DNA of 64,000 nt from Terriglobia bacterium (lineage in GTDB: Bacteria; Acidobacteriota; Terriglobia; 2-12-FULL-54-10). A program made the position numbers and the translations under genes. Under the pieces are notes generated by a model, which ran no database searches, had not been told where the DNA came from, and saw only the letters and a list, made by a program, of their open reading frames with translations. The stretch's first letter is position 1. Each line of letters opens with the position of its first letter. Positions 1 through 10,355 of this stretch are shown one piece after another. The stretch covers positions 2,208,001-2,272,000 of the forward strand of contig CAXVYR010000004.1 of assembly GCA_963666975.2 (NCBI GenBank), read 5' to 3'.

Positions 1-117
1 GTCCCGCCGCTCGACGGCTCGGTGCAGGAAGAAACAGACATGATCCCCTCCCAACACATCTCGCACACTGGGCGGCAGCAGATACCCTTGCTCCGGATTG
101 TAGATCAAGAATTTCAT
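1..117 (-). CDS. IS1182-family transposase, N-terminal part (runs off window edge)
   Basis: Manual translation MKFLIYNPEQGYLLPPSVRDVLGGDHVCFFLHRAVERRD matches the IS1182 N-terminal pattern (Q.xLLPPSx.D.L..DH). AAGGAGG RBS upstream. Not in the ORF track. Confidence 0.75.
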   Translation of the reverse strand, partial: MKFLIYNPEQGYLLPPSVRDVLGGDHVCFFLHRAVERRD

Positions 118-175
118 CGCGCCTCCTTGAGGTGCATTATACAAACTTGTCAAGGGTGGTTTTCACACACACTCT
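1..175 (-). mobile_element. End of an IS1182-family element
   Basis: GGTTTTCACACACACTCT at ~158-175 resembles IS1182-type termini and lies just upstream of the transposase start. Confidence 0.6.
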
Positions 176-444
176 TTAGCCGCTGCGCCTAACAGAAACT
201 GACCCACTACCGACTCTTCCGCTTTGCGAGGAAGCGGGACGGCCGGACCATCGGGAGGTATTCAGCCATCTTTCTATACCAGAACCAGGGCAAAACCCGC
301 CAGGTACAATCGAGGGATGGGCGGACGAGTCGGGAGCTAATTTGCTATAGTAAATTCCTAGTACATGCGTTATCATATTATTGACTAAACTTTCCAGGAA
401 CAACATGCAAGCCAAACGGGAATTGGAGGCTCCCAATAAAATTA

Positions 445-1165
445 GGGGCTGTCCTAGCTAAGGGTGATTCTGTCTCGATTTGATCCATGTCTTCAATTGG
501 TTAAGCAGTGTCCGGTGGTTACCGCCATTGAAGCGCCATTCGCACTCCTTCAGGAAGAGGTGAAAACTCTGTTTGGGCACCCCGTTGAAGCGCCGAAGAT
601 GCCGCTTTGCCTGGTTCCAGAAGTTCTCGATCCCATTGATGTGGTTCCGTTCGTCGACGAACCGTTCCGAGTGGTTGATCCGAACATGGTGGAAGTCCGA
701 CACATCCAGAGCATCGTAGCTCGAAAAGCCATCCGTGTAGACGATGCTGTCGGGCTGGATCAGGCGCTCCATGATCGGCATCAACGTGTCCGTACGGGCA
801 TTGGGGATCATCACCGTGTAGACCCTTCCTCCACGCTTCAAAAGCCCGAAAACCGGGACTTTCCCGCCAGCACCACGACCGCGTTTGCCCTTGCGGCGAC
901 CACCGAAGTAACTCTCGTCCACTTCGATTTCGCCGCAAACCGAAGAGGCTTTCTGGGTCTCCTCGGCAATCACCGTGCGAATCCGTGTATAGAACGAAGC
1001 GGCCGTGTTCCGATGAACCCCGACAAGCTCAGCCGCCGCCCGTGCCGTCGTCCCGGCAACGAAGTGCTCCACCAACCGATCCCGCTTCGCCTTGCTCAGC
1101 CGACTACGCCGTTCGTACATATCGCCATCCTATCCCTAAGCAATCTGCTTAGCTAGGACAGCCCC
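445..1165 (-). mobile_element. Complete IS1595-family (IS1016-like) element, 721 bp
   Basis: Perfect 18-bp TIRs GGGGCTGTCCTAGCTAAG (445-462) and CTTAGCTAGGACAGCCCC (1148-1165). 8-bp TSD TAAAATTA at 437-444 and 1166-1173. Confidence 0.95.
458..1120 (-). CDS. IS1595-family (ISXO2-like) DDE transposase
   Basis: Motifs EVDESYFGG, GKRGRGAGGK, VYTDG, HINGIENFW, LKECEWRFN. Confidence 0.95.
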   Translation of the reverse strand: MYERRSRLSKAKRDRLVEHFVAGTTARAAAELVGVHRNTAASFYTRIRTVIAEETQKASSVCGEIEVDESYFGGRRKGKRGRGAGGKVPVFGLLKRGGRVYTVMIPNARTDTLMPIMERLIQPDSIVYTDGFSSYDALDVSDFHHVRINHSERFVDERNHINGIENFWNQAKRHLRRFNGVPKQSFHLFLKECEWRFNGGNHRTLLNQLKTWIKSRQNHP

Positions 1166-1541
1166 TAAAATTATACAGGCTTTGGGGTTCTTATTCCTGG
1201 CCTTTTCATCAATGCTCTTTCCCAGTTGTACCTTGTGGAAGGGGAAAGCCGCTTATCTGAGAACGGCTAAGTTCCGACACGCTCTGACGGCGGAACAACT
1301 CTCGAACGCTGTCTTGTTGACCGATAAGATGACCGATAAGGCGTTAGATACCCTGGGAAAGTATGATTCTGTAAAGCTTAGAGAGACCTATACCTCACGG
1401 CTGAGTTACATGCTGATCGCGCACGGCTCATGCGCAACCGCAGGAATCGCTAGCCTCTGCGTATCGGTTGAATTTCTCTGAGCGTCCAGACAGTGCCCGG
1501 CCTGCTGGACCAATCCTCCTGAACCGGAACGCAAATTTGCC

Positions 1542-4500
1542 GTGAGCAGCTTCACACAACTGAAAAATTGGATATCGCCGAGACTTGCGGTCCTTGTCGC
1601 CTTCGGTGTGGCATCACTTTCCGTGGTCCTATGGCATGCCCTCGTCACCCGGGAGCACGCACAAATCAAGCTGGCAGTTGAGCAAACAACTCACGCCCTA
1701 AGTGCCGAGATCAAGGAGCGAGTTGAACCGAAGATCCTGGCGCTGGTGCGCATGGCTAGGCGCTGGGAGGCACAAGGCGGAACATCCCGCGAGGAGTGGG
1801 AAGCTGACGCATTGCTTTATTTGACTCATCAGACCGGACAGCAAAGCATCTCTTGGGTGGACTCTTCCTACCATGTGCGGTGGCCTGCTCCTTTGGAGGG
1901 AAGAGAAATCTATGAAGGCGTGAACGTTGCGAGAGAGGAACAGAGACGTTTGGTTCTCGATACAGCACGGGAACGGGGGGAAGTTGGGGTGACGCGTGTT
2001 GTCGAACTGTTCGGGGGCGAGATGGGATTCCTTGTTTTTGTACCCCTGTTCGTGGGTGAGCGCTTCGATGGGTACATGACGGGCACTTTTTGGATACAGC
2101 AATTGCTTGAACCCTTCTTAGCCGATCGCGCTTTACTTGGCTACTCCATCGCGCTCTTCGAAGGCGAGGAGGAAATCGTCAATCGTTCCGAGACCAGCAG
2201 CCAGGATCATCCGGAATGGCTCCAGGAGATGGAAGTTGAGATTCGCAATGTAACTTGGCGCGTTCAAGTCCGGCCGAGGCCGGAACTGATCGCCAAAATG
2301 AGATCGTGGCTTCCGGAGGCGACCTTAGCGGTTGGATTCCTGTTGGCATTGCTGATGTCGCTCACGATTCGTCTGGCCCAATCGGCGAGGCTTCGCTCAC
2401 GAGAAGTTGGGTTAGCCAACCGGGAACTAGAGGCACAAATCACCGAGCGCAAGCGGGCAGAAGAGGTGCTGCGGCAGAGCGAAGAAAGGTTCCGGAACCT
2501 GCTGGAATCCGCTCCCGACGCTATCGTGGGGACCCGGGAAGACGATCGTATTATGCTCGTCAACGCTCAAACCGAACTCCTGTTCGGTTACAGCCGGGAC
2601 GAATTGCTCGGACAACCCGTTGAAATGCTGCTGCCCGAGCAATTTCGCGAACAGCACGGGCAGCATCGCGCGAACTACAATGCGAATCCCCGCATGCGGA
2701 GCATGGGAGGCGGCCTTACACTGGCAGGACGCCGGAAGGATGGCAGCGAGTTTCCGGTGGAGATCAGCCTCAGCCCCATGCAAAAGGACAGTGGGGGCGG
2801 CGTCACGAGCATTATCCGCGATATCACCAGGCGCGAACGGGCGGAAGAAACGCTCCGCGCGAGTGAGGAGCGGTATAGCCTCGCCGTGCGCGGGACGAGC
2901 GACGGTCTGTGGGACTGGAATATTAAAAGCGGCGAAGAGTATTTCTCCCCGAGGTGGAAGGAGATGCTGGGGTATCAGGATCACGAGCTCAAAGGCCATT
3001 ACAAGGAGTGGTTCGATAGGATTCATCCCGAAGATCGTTCCCGGGTAATGCGCTGCCTGGACGACTACTTGGCGGACCAGTCTCATACTTTCGATTTAGA
3101 ACACCGTTTATTACATAAGGACGGAACCTACCGTTGGTTCTGGACTCGCGGGATTTGCCTGCGCGATGCCGAGGGCAAGCCCTATCGCATGGCGGGTTCC
3201 ATCACTGACATCACCGGCAGCAAGCAGGCGGAACAGGCTTTACGGGAAAGCGAAGACAGGTTTCGCGCCCAATACAAAGGAATTCCGATTCCTACCTACT
3301 CCTGGCGGTTGACCGGGGAGGATTTTGTCCTGATGGAATACAACGATGCTGCCCTCGACTTATCGCGGGGTGCTATCGCTGACTTTGCTGGGAAAACCGC
3401 CCGGAAATTCTTCTCAGACAGGCCGGACATCATAGAGAGCATGTGGCGATGCTATCGGGAAAGAAAATCCCACAGGGAGGAGACGGTCCTTCGGATGCGG
3501 ACTACAGGCGAGACAAAGCCTTTCGCTTTTACCCGCACTTTTATTCCGCCCGATCTGGTTATGGTTCATGCCGAAGATCTCACCGAGCGCAAGCGGGCGG
3601 AGGATGCCTTGCGGCAGAAAGAGGAGCAACTCCGCCAGGCGCAGAAAATGGAGGCCATCGGGCAATTGGCGGGCGGGGTGGCGCATGACTTCAACAACCT
3701 GCTCACGGGCATCATCGGATACAGCGGTATCCTCATGGACAAACTGGGACCCGCCCATCCTCTCTTGACAAAAGCGGAGCAAATCAAAAAAGCGGGGGAC
3801 CAAGCCGCTTCCCTCACCAACCAACTGCTGGCCTTCAGCCGGAAACAAGTGTTGCAACCCCAGATCATCGACCTGAATGACATCATCACCGATATGAACG
3901 AGATGCTGCGCCGCCTGATCGGCGAGGATATCGATCTGGTAACCGATCTCGGCACGGAGTTGGGAAAAACCAAAGCCGATCCAGCCCAGATCAAGCAGAT
4001 TATTCTGAATCTGGCGAGCAACGCCCGCGGCGCGATGCCAAAAGGAGGCAGGCTGATCATTACGACGGACAACGTGGAACGGAAGCAGACCGATGGCTAC
4101 CCCAACTTGGGCGCCCAAGACAGACAGCAAGTAATGCTCACCGTGAGCGACACGGGCAGCGGCATGGACACGGAGACACTGAGCCACATCTTTGAGCCCT
4201 TCTTCACGACGAAAGAGCCGGGAAAGGGAACCGGACTGGGGCTGGCCAGCGTTTACGGGGTTGTGCAGCAGAGCGGTGGCCACATTCAGGTTTCCAGCAC
4301 TCCCGGGCACGGCACGAAATTTCATATCTACTTTCCCCGGGTCAGCGGGACCGTCCGCCAGCAGAAGCTGCCCGTTGAAGTTCGGGAATCTTTCAGCGGT
4401 TCGGAAACCGTGTTGCTGGTGGAGGACGCCGATGTCGTCCGGGAATTGGCAAAGGAAGGCCTGGCAGAGGAGGGCTACACTGTACTGGATGCGCGGAACC

Positions 4501-4844
4501 CCGCCGAAGCCATTCGCATCTGCAGTCAGAAGCAGACGATTCACCTGTTGCTGACCGATGTAGTCATGCCGGGGATGAGCGGACCCGAATTAGCTCAGCT
4601 TCTCACAGCCCAGCATAAAGATTTGAAGGTGCTTTATACCTCGGGTTATGCGAGTCATTCCTTGGTCCACCACGATCTTCCGAAGCAGGAGCTTGCTTTT
4701 ATCTCCAAGCCATTCGCTTTAAAGGCTCTGCAACGCAAGGTGCGCGAGGTGCTAGACGCGCCAAAAACAGCCATGCGCAAACGAGACAAGCAATCGATCA
4801 GCCCTGGCAAAAAGCCGCCATCCGGGAGGCGGCCACACCTATGA
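1542..4844 (+). CDS. Membrane hybrid sensor histidine kinase (CHASE-PAS-PAS-PAS-HisKA-HATPase-REC)
   Basis: Two TM segments flank a CHASE-like domain. PAS motifs RRKDGSEFPVEISLS and DGLWDWN..HPEDR; H-box LAGGVAHDFNNLL; PFFTTKEPGKGTGLGL; receiver LLVED...TDVVMPGMSG. Confidence 0.93.
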   Translation: MSSFTQLKNWISPRLAVLVAFGVASLSVVLWHALVTREHAQIKLAVEQTTHALSAEIKERVEPKILALVRMARRWEAQGGTSREEWEADALLYLTHQTGQQSISWVDSSYHVRWPAPLEGREIYEGVNVAREEQRRLVLDTARERGEVGVTRVVELFGGEMGFLVFVPLFVGERFDGYMTGTFWIQQLLEPFLADRALLGYSIALFEGEEEIVNRSETSSQDHPEWLQEMEVEIRNVTWRVQVRPRPELIAKMRSWLPEATLAVGFLLALLMSLTIRLAQSARLRSREVGLANRELEAQITERKRAEEVLRQSEERFRNLLESAPDAIVGTREDDRIMLVNAQTELLFGYSRDELLGQPVEMLLPEQFREQHGQHRANYNANPRMRSMGGGLTLAGRRKDGSEFPVEISLSPMQKDSGGGVTSIIRDITRRERAEETLRASEERYSLAVRGTSDGLWDWNIKSGEEYFSPRWKEMLGYQDHELKGHYKEWFDRIHPEDRSRVMRCLDDYLADQSHTFDLEHRLLHKDGTYRWFWTRGICLRDAEGKPYRMAGSITDITGSKQAEQALRESEDRFRAQYKGIPIPTYSWRLTGEDFVLMEYNDAALDLSRGAIADFAGKTARKFFSDRPDIIESMWRCYRERKSHREETVLRMRTTGETKPFAFTRTFIPPDLVMVHAEDLTERKRAEDALRQKEEQLRQAQKMEAIGQLAGGVAHDFNNLLTGIIGYSGILMDKLGPAHPLLTKAEQIKKAGDQAASLTNQLLAFSRKQVLQPQIIDLNDIITDMNEMLRRLIGEDIDLVTDLGTELGKTKADPAQIKQIILNLASNARGAMPKGGRLIITTDNVERKQTDGYPNLGAQDRQQVMLTVSDTGSGMDTETLSHIFEPFFTTKEPGKGTGLGLASVYGVVQQSGGHIQVSSTPGHGTKFHIYFPRVSGTVRQQKLPVEVRESFSGSETVLLVEDADVVRELAKEGLAEEGYTVLDARNPAEAIRICSQKQTIHLLLTDVVMPGMSGPELAQLLTAQHKDLKVLYTSGYASHSLVHHDLPKQELAFISKPFALKALQRKVREVLDAPKTAMRKRDKQSISPGKKPPSGRRPHL

Positions 4845-4940
4845 AGGGCGACCCAAGGCGTTTCTAAATGCTCTCCTTTCGCAGGCGAATATTCTTTGGA
4901 GCTTGCCGGTGATCCGCCCGATCAAATGCTTTTTCTTGCC

Positions 4941-5168
4941 TACAGCATTTTACGGATTGATGTATAGGGGTTCGTCAGGGCACGACTTCAGTCGTGCCGC
5001 AACGAGGCCAGCCATTAGGGGGTTTAACCCCTGACGGGACCCGATAGAAACATATGAACCTCAGCGGCTAAAGCCGCTCTGCCCCCCCTGCTTTTTTCGG
5101 CACGGTTAAAACCGTGCCCTGACGCAGATCTCAGTTTCCCTCTATACACCAATTTGAAAAATGCTCTG
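4941..5168. mobile_element. MITE-like element with imperfect ~30-bp TIRs enclosing four REP-like hairpins
   Basis: TACAGCATTTTACGGATTGATGTATAGGGG vs reverse complement of the right end CAGAGCATTTTTCAAATTGGTGTATAGAGG (23/30). Internal hairpins GGCACGAC-TTCA-GTCGTGCC, AGGGG-GTTTAA-CCCCT, AGCGGC-TAAA-GCCGCT and GGCACGGT-TAAA-ACCGTGCC. Confidence 0.7.
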
Positions 5169-5409
5169 GCCGGACTTCCTATTTTCAGACCCAACGCTAA
5201 AGCGTTCCCCGGTTGTTCTAAAGTGTGTCCGATCCGCGACGGTCGACGGCGCGGCCATCAGAGCCGTTCCTCATAGTAAAAAAGCTGGGTTTGCCAGGAC
5301 CCGGAAAGCGGTTCATTATGGCGCTGAGGGTGTGGCAGTTTAGCTCGAAACTCTTTCGCTAATCGTGTCCCTTTGGCGACGGCAACGGATCGGTTCATCG
5401 CATCTTCGC

Positions 5410-5469
5410 TTCGACAAACATGGATTCGACAAACATGGATTCGGCAAACGGGGTTTCGATAAACGGTGA
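5410..5469 (+). repeat. 15-bp tandem repeat x4 (TTCGACAAACATGGA, last two copies degenerate)
   Basis: Units at 5410, 5425, 5440 and 5455. Confidence 0.8.
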
Positions 5470-5541
5470 TAATGTCAGCAATGACTTCTGCGGGAGACAG
5501 AGAAACGAAAACAGTGAAGCAGAGGAGGCTGGAGAAAAGCC

Positions 5542-6278
5542 ATGCTGAGTATCGATGAACTTCACGAATTGCTGAAGACCCGAAGGAGTATCCGAGGGTA
5601 CCAGAAGGACAAGGACGTTTCCGAGGAGCACATCCGGCAAATATTGGAGGCCGCTCGCTGGGCCCCCTCTGGCGGAAACGGGCAGCCGTGGGAATTTATC
5701 GTGATCCGGGACGCGGCGACCAGAAACAAGATCGCTGATTTGTTCCTCAAACAACAGGAGCCTAAAAGGGAGATGGAAATAGCGGTGCGGGGGGAAGCGA
5801 AGATGACGGGAGCCGGGTTCCGGGACGCCCCGTTTGCATCATCGTGCTGGGAGACCCGAGAGTGAATGCATCGTATCCTGTCCGCACAATGGAGGAAAAG
5901 TCGGATTCTCATTTTTACAGCGGACTGGCCAACGCCACTCTGCTGATCCAATTGGCGGCTGCCAGCCTGGGTTTGGGCTCGCAATACGTGAGCGATGCCA
6001 GTTCCCCGTATATGTCAGTCATGCTCAAGGTGCTTTTGGGCGTGCCGGAACCGCTGAAGGTTTATCATTTGATCCCCATTGGGTTTCCTTCCACTCCGGT
6101 CGCTCTTATGCCGCGCAGGGAACTGGAAGAGATAGTTAACTATGAGAAGTACGACCGGCAGCACTGCCGGGACGACCAAGCAATAGAGAAGTTTCTGATG
6201 ACGCTTACCCGCAGAGGGTCCTATGGTAAAAAGAGCTGGGTAGAGGTAGAGGATGATGCCGGGAAGGCCGGCCAGTAA
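5542..6278 (+). pseudogene. Nitroreductase-family protein, frameshifted near 5832
   Basis: [24 protein letters not shown] in the first ORF; LAAASLGLGSQ, LIPIGFP in the second. Adding one G gives [14 protein letters not shown]. Confidence 0.85.
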
Positions 6279-6410
6279 ATCCGGCGAGGTGATTTTTTCG
6301 CGCTCCGATTTATCTTTATTTGGACACTACTATCCAGGCCGTACCATCCGGACAATACCGTTATTCCGGCAATACCTTTTTGGGATCAGGTTAAGGATCA
6401 AGGATCAGCG

Positions 6411-7325
6411 ATGGGCATTCTGATCGGAATATTGGCAGGAACCGTTGTCGCCATTGTTTTTCCGCAGTGGTTTGTGTGGATGCAGCCGGTGTTACAACCC
6501 GCCTTCGCCGTCACGATGCTTTTCGTCGGCACGCTGGTCCGGCCGGAACAGGTGCGCGCCTTCTCTAAAAAGTCTTCCCGGGCGCTGGCGGGGTTGCTCA
6601 CCCAGTACACCGTCATGCCGCTGATCGCCTGGACGGTATCGCTGGCTTTTGACGATCCGCTGGTGCGTGTCGGAATCGTGCTGGTAGGCTGCATGCCCGG
6701 AGCCATGGCTTCCAACGTCATGACCGTATTGTTTCAGGGAGACCTGATCCTGTCGGTGACGATGACGACGCTGGCCACGTTGCTCAGCCCCCTGATGCTG
6801 GCGTTCTGGCTTCCCTTTTTGGCGGATGCGCGGGTGGATGTACCCTCGGGAGCGCTGGCGTGGAATGCCGCCTGGATGGTGGTGTTTCCGGTAACGGCGG
6901 GAATCCTGATGCGCCGCTTCCAGCCCCGCATGCCGCCATGGTGGGACCGAACGGCCACCGTCCTGGCCTCGGCGACGATTGTGCTGATCATATTGGTCGT
7001 GGTGGCTACCAACCATTCTCGTCTGGCGGCTATCGGGCCCCAGTTAGCGCTGGCCATGCTGGCGATCAATCTCTGCGGTTACGGTCTGGCGTTTATCGTA
7101 GCGACGCGGCTCCGCTGGCCGCCGGAACAACGCCGCACCCTGGTAATAGAGGTAGGAATGCAGAATGCCGGTCTGGGCTCCGTGCTGGCGATCGCACATC
7201 TGGGTGAAGCGGCCGCCATTCCGAGCGCCTTTTATACGGCGCTCTGCGTCTTCACCACCTCTCTGGCTCTACCGCTCCGCCGCCGTACGGAAGGTGTCTC
7301 GGAAATGCGGCGTCTGGACGAGTAG
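6411..7325 (+). CDS. Bile acid:sodium symporter (BASS/SBF) family transporter
   Basis: QYTVMPL, VGCMPGAMASNV, IEVGMQNAGLG; polytopic hydrophobic protein. Confidence 0.92.
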   Translation: MGILIGILAGTVVAIVFPQWFVWMQPVLQPAFAVTMLFVGTLVRPEQVRAFSKKSSRALAGLLTQYTVMPLIAWTVSLAFDDPLVRVGIVLVGCMPGAMASNVMTVLFQGDLILSVTMTTLATLLSPLMLAFWLPFLADARVDVPSGALAWNAAWMVVFPVTAGILMRRFQPRMPPWWDRTATVLASATIVLIILVVVATNHSRLAAIGPQLALAMLAINLCGYGLAFIVATRLRWPPEQRRTLVIEVGMQNAGLGSVLAIAHLGEAAAIPSAFYTALCVFTTSLALPLRRRTEGVSEMRRLDE

Positions 7326-7471
7326 AGACATTCAAGTCGAACACAACCTCGGTGGAAGATGCTCGGCCTAAGATCGAGTCGTCCGGCGCTTCTGTGGACT
7401 GACCTGCTGCGTGAGCCGATGTCGCAGCAGCGCGCACTTCTGGGACCGCGTCTAAATCAGGTTTCTTCGCC

Positions 7472-9136
7472 TCAACTAAACATTCCGAATCCCAACCTTC
7501 GGCTCCATGCCCAGCGCCATAGGAACATGGCCAGGATGGCCATAGCCACGCCAGTGATCAGGGTGCTCCACAACGCCAGGTTCCAAAAAACAGCGGGGTC
7601 AATTGTCGTAGCCTCCTCGTAACGTTGCTGGGAGACTACAACAAACCCGGTATCTCCAATTAGCGCGAACCCGGCGATCCAACGTCCCTCGTAACCTTTA
7701 TCAGCCGACGAAACAGGGTCTTGGTAATCATCCACCGGAGGAATCCCCAAATCGTCTGTGTCAGAGCCAGGCGCTGGTTTGAGTTCGATCAGGCTTGTAT
7801 CTGGGAATTCGACGGCTGGAACCCCATGCCGATAGGCAGGATGAAAGAGGACGACATATTTGCCCAGGCTGCTTTCCGGGCCGGCTTCTGCGCTGTCAAT
7901 ATCTCTGGGCGCGATGAGCGCCACATCGGAACGCTCGGTAATCACAAGGCCCATGGTTGCGTCAGTAGCAACTGAGATGGCTATGACCCCAAGGAAACTC
8001 CCTTCGGCATCCAGGATCGGCGCTGAAATTGCAAACTTGTAAAGATCGTCACTCCGGCCACGGTAAACGCGCGAGATGTAGACCTCCCCGCTGCGGCCCT
8101 GATCACCCAGCCTCTTTTAGTCCCGCCACGCGACGTTCAGCCCAATGACATCTATGACGTCAGTCGCGTTAGTCGCGTGCGCCACCAGGATGGCATCTGC
8201 ATCAACGATATAGCAGCTCGCGAAAGGGCTGGGTTGACCGCTGCACATGTCATCCAGAATCGGCTGCAAGCCAGGGCGGTCGTCTCTTGCCAGCAAAACC
8301 GCCAGGCGTTCGTCCGCGACCGCCATCTCAACGCTCCTGCTCAAAGAGCCTAATTGCAGGAGCGCGGTGGTGGCTAAATCCTTTGCGGCAAGGCGATTGC
8401 TTTCGAGGGCTGCTTTGAGAAGGGCTCCTTTGCGAGCCTGGGCGACCGAGAGAGCCATTACAATAGCGAGTATCGAAATTGCGCCAACTGCCGCCACCAA
8501 GCTCGCCAGAACAGGGTTTCTCCGGCGCCAGCGAACGAAGCGTTCGCGTCGTCTTAAAGGCAGCGCTATTGTTTCTTCCCCAGCTTGGTAGCGGGCGAGG
8601 TCTCGCGCCAGAGCATTGGCGGAGGCATAGCGCTGATCTTTGTCCTTGCTGAGGCACTTCAGACAGATGGCTTCCAATTCTCTATCTACATTTGGATTGA
8701 TGTTGCTGGGCGGTTCGGGAAGTTCCTCTCGCACCAGCCGCAAGGTTTCCTGGACTGTCTCACCCTGAAAAGGCGGCCTGCTTGTAAGCAGCGCATACAA
8801 TACCGCTCCCAGCTCGTACACGTCACTCGCGGTGGTTAATTCCCTGTCACCAGCAGCCTGTTCCGGGGACATGAAACTGGCCGTGCCGGCAATTGCGCCC
8901 GACGCCGATGAGCTAGCCTCTTCTCCCAAGCGCATGGCCAAACCAAAGTCAGTGACATGGGGCTTGCCTTCTTCGTCTAGCAGGATGTTGCCAGGCTTCA
9001 GGTCATTGTGCAGAACGCGTCTCTGATGAGCATGGTGCACCGCTTGGGCCACCGTCTCCAGCAAGTTGGCAGCCTCGTTTCCCGCAGCGATCTCCCCGAG
9101 AAGCATTGTGATTTCTTCCTGTGGTTCTTCCGGCAT
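7472..9136 (-). pseudogene. Membrane Ser/Thr kinase with Cache-like sensor; N-lobe deleted and replaced by an ECF-sigma-like N-terminus; internal stop
   Basis: HNDLKPGN, DFGLA, GTASFMSPEQ and SDVY present; GxGxxG and VAIK absent. In-frame TAA at 8117-8119 is followed in the same frame by VYISRVYRGRSDDLYKFAISAPILDAEGSFLGV and a final TM. Confidence 0.82.
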
Positions 9137-9520
9137 GGATACCGTTACCCCTGGAGAAACGAACAAAATAGCGTTATGCAGGATGAGATCTTTCTGTCCA
9201 ACATGGCCCGCCCTCCCGAGAAACAGGAATGCGTGTAGCTCTTTGATCCAGGACATTTGGAGAGTCACGGAACAGCTTACAGCAACTCCTGTTCTACGAC
9301 TATATGCGAACAATTACTGCTAAACCCGTAATGCGGTTTTCCCCTTATACAAGCAGTCGGCAACCCACAGAAAAGCCGTAGCTTAACAGGTTGTTGAATC
9401 GCCTTAGGGAAATAGCAAGCCAGCTTTACGGGTTCCGGGCCGAATCTTCGCATGTAGTGGTGAATGCGGCAGATTCATGCGGAGCAGATCACGAAAACAC
9501 AGAACCAAAGGAGGATTACG

Positions 9521-10306
9521 ATGACCAACGAAATAGCCTATAACGAGCAATTGACAATCGGCGATAAGCTGTGAGGCCAGACCGCGCTCGAAGCAGATCG
9601 GAGCGAGGTTATCAAGAAAACCTATCTGTGATAAGCTGTGAGGCCAGACCGCGCTCGAAGCAGATCGGAGCGAGGTTATCAAGAAAACCTATCTGTTGCT
9701 GGCGCTCAGTGTTGCTGCTGGCATCGTGGGAGGCGCGGTTGGCGCAAGCTCGCCGGCGATGGTTCAACTGTTTTCCGGATGGATGGGCTGGATTCTTGCC
9801 ATGGTTGTGCTGAACGTAATGCCACAAATTGCCATGGCAGCTCGGCGGGATCCGATCCTAGGCGTCACTGCGCTGGTAGCGGACGGGTTTGTGTCAGGGC
9901 TGGTTCTGGCTCCCATGCTTTATCTTGCCAGTGTCATCGCGCCCGGAGTCGTGCAAACCGCGTTGCTGCTGACCGCTATTGTTTTCGGCGGCGTGACGTG
10001 CTATGTCATGACCACGCGGAAAACGTATTCCGCGCCGCGCGGCCTGATGACGGGCATTTTCTTCAGTATCGTCGGCGTTATCGTCTTGAACGGTTTTCTG
10101 CACTTCGGTATTGTGAGCATGCTGATTGCTGGCGCCATCGGGATTTTCGGCGTCTTTGTGCTGGTTCACGCCACCAGCGAGGTGTTGAACAACCCCGAGG
10201 CCGATAGCCCGATTCTGTGCGCCTTGATGCTGTTCGCCGGTCTGTTCAACGTCTTCGTCGCCGCTCTCATATTTTGCTATCGCTGGCCGAGAATGTGGAT
10301 GAGTGA
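9521..10306 (+). pseudogene. Bax inhibitor-1/YccA-family membrane protein, disrupted
   Basis: GGAGG RBS, ATG at 9521. IKKTYLLLA, QTALLLTAIVFGGVTCYVMTTRK and ALMLFAGLFNVF motifs. Lesions: TGA at 9572, a 67-bp duplication, and a frameshift near 10269 (restored tail ILLSLAENVDE*). Confidence 0.8.
9563..9696 (+). repeat. Perfect 67-bp tandem duplication
   Basis: 9563-9629 is identical to 9630-9696. Confidence 0.95.
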
Positions 10307-10355
10307 TGGCGACTACCATGGGGACTGCGATTTGAATTTCGAGGGAGGGAGAGTG

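Noticed and set aside
176-1250. ORF apparently interrupted by IS1595 (rejoining gives an open frame)
   Set aside because: No recognisable motif, start or RBS; may be chance
8117-8119. Stop-codon recoding to explain the in-frame stops
   Set aside because: The stops are of mixed types (TAA, TGA, TAG), mostly in genes with other lesions, and all three are used as normal terminators in the window
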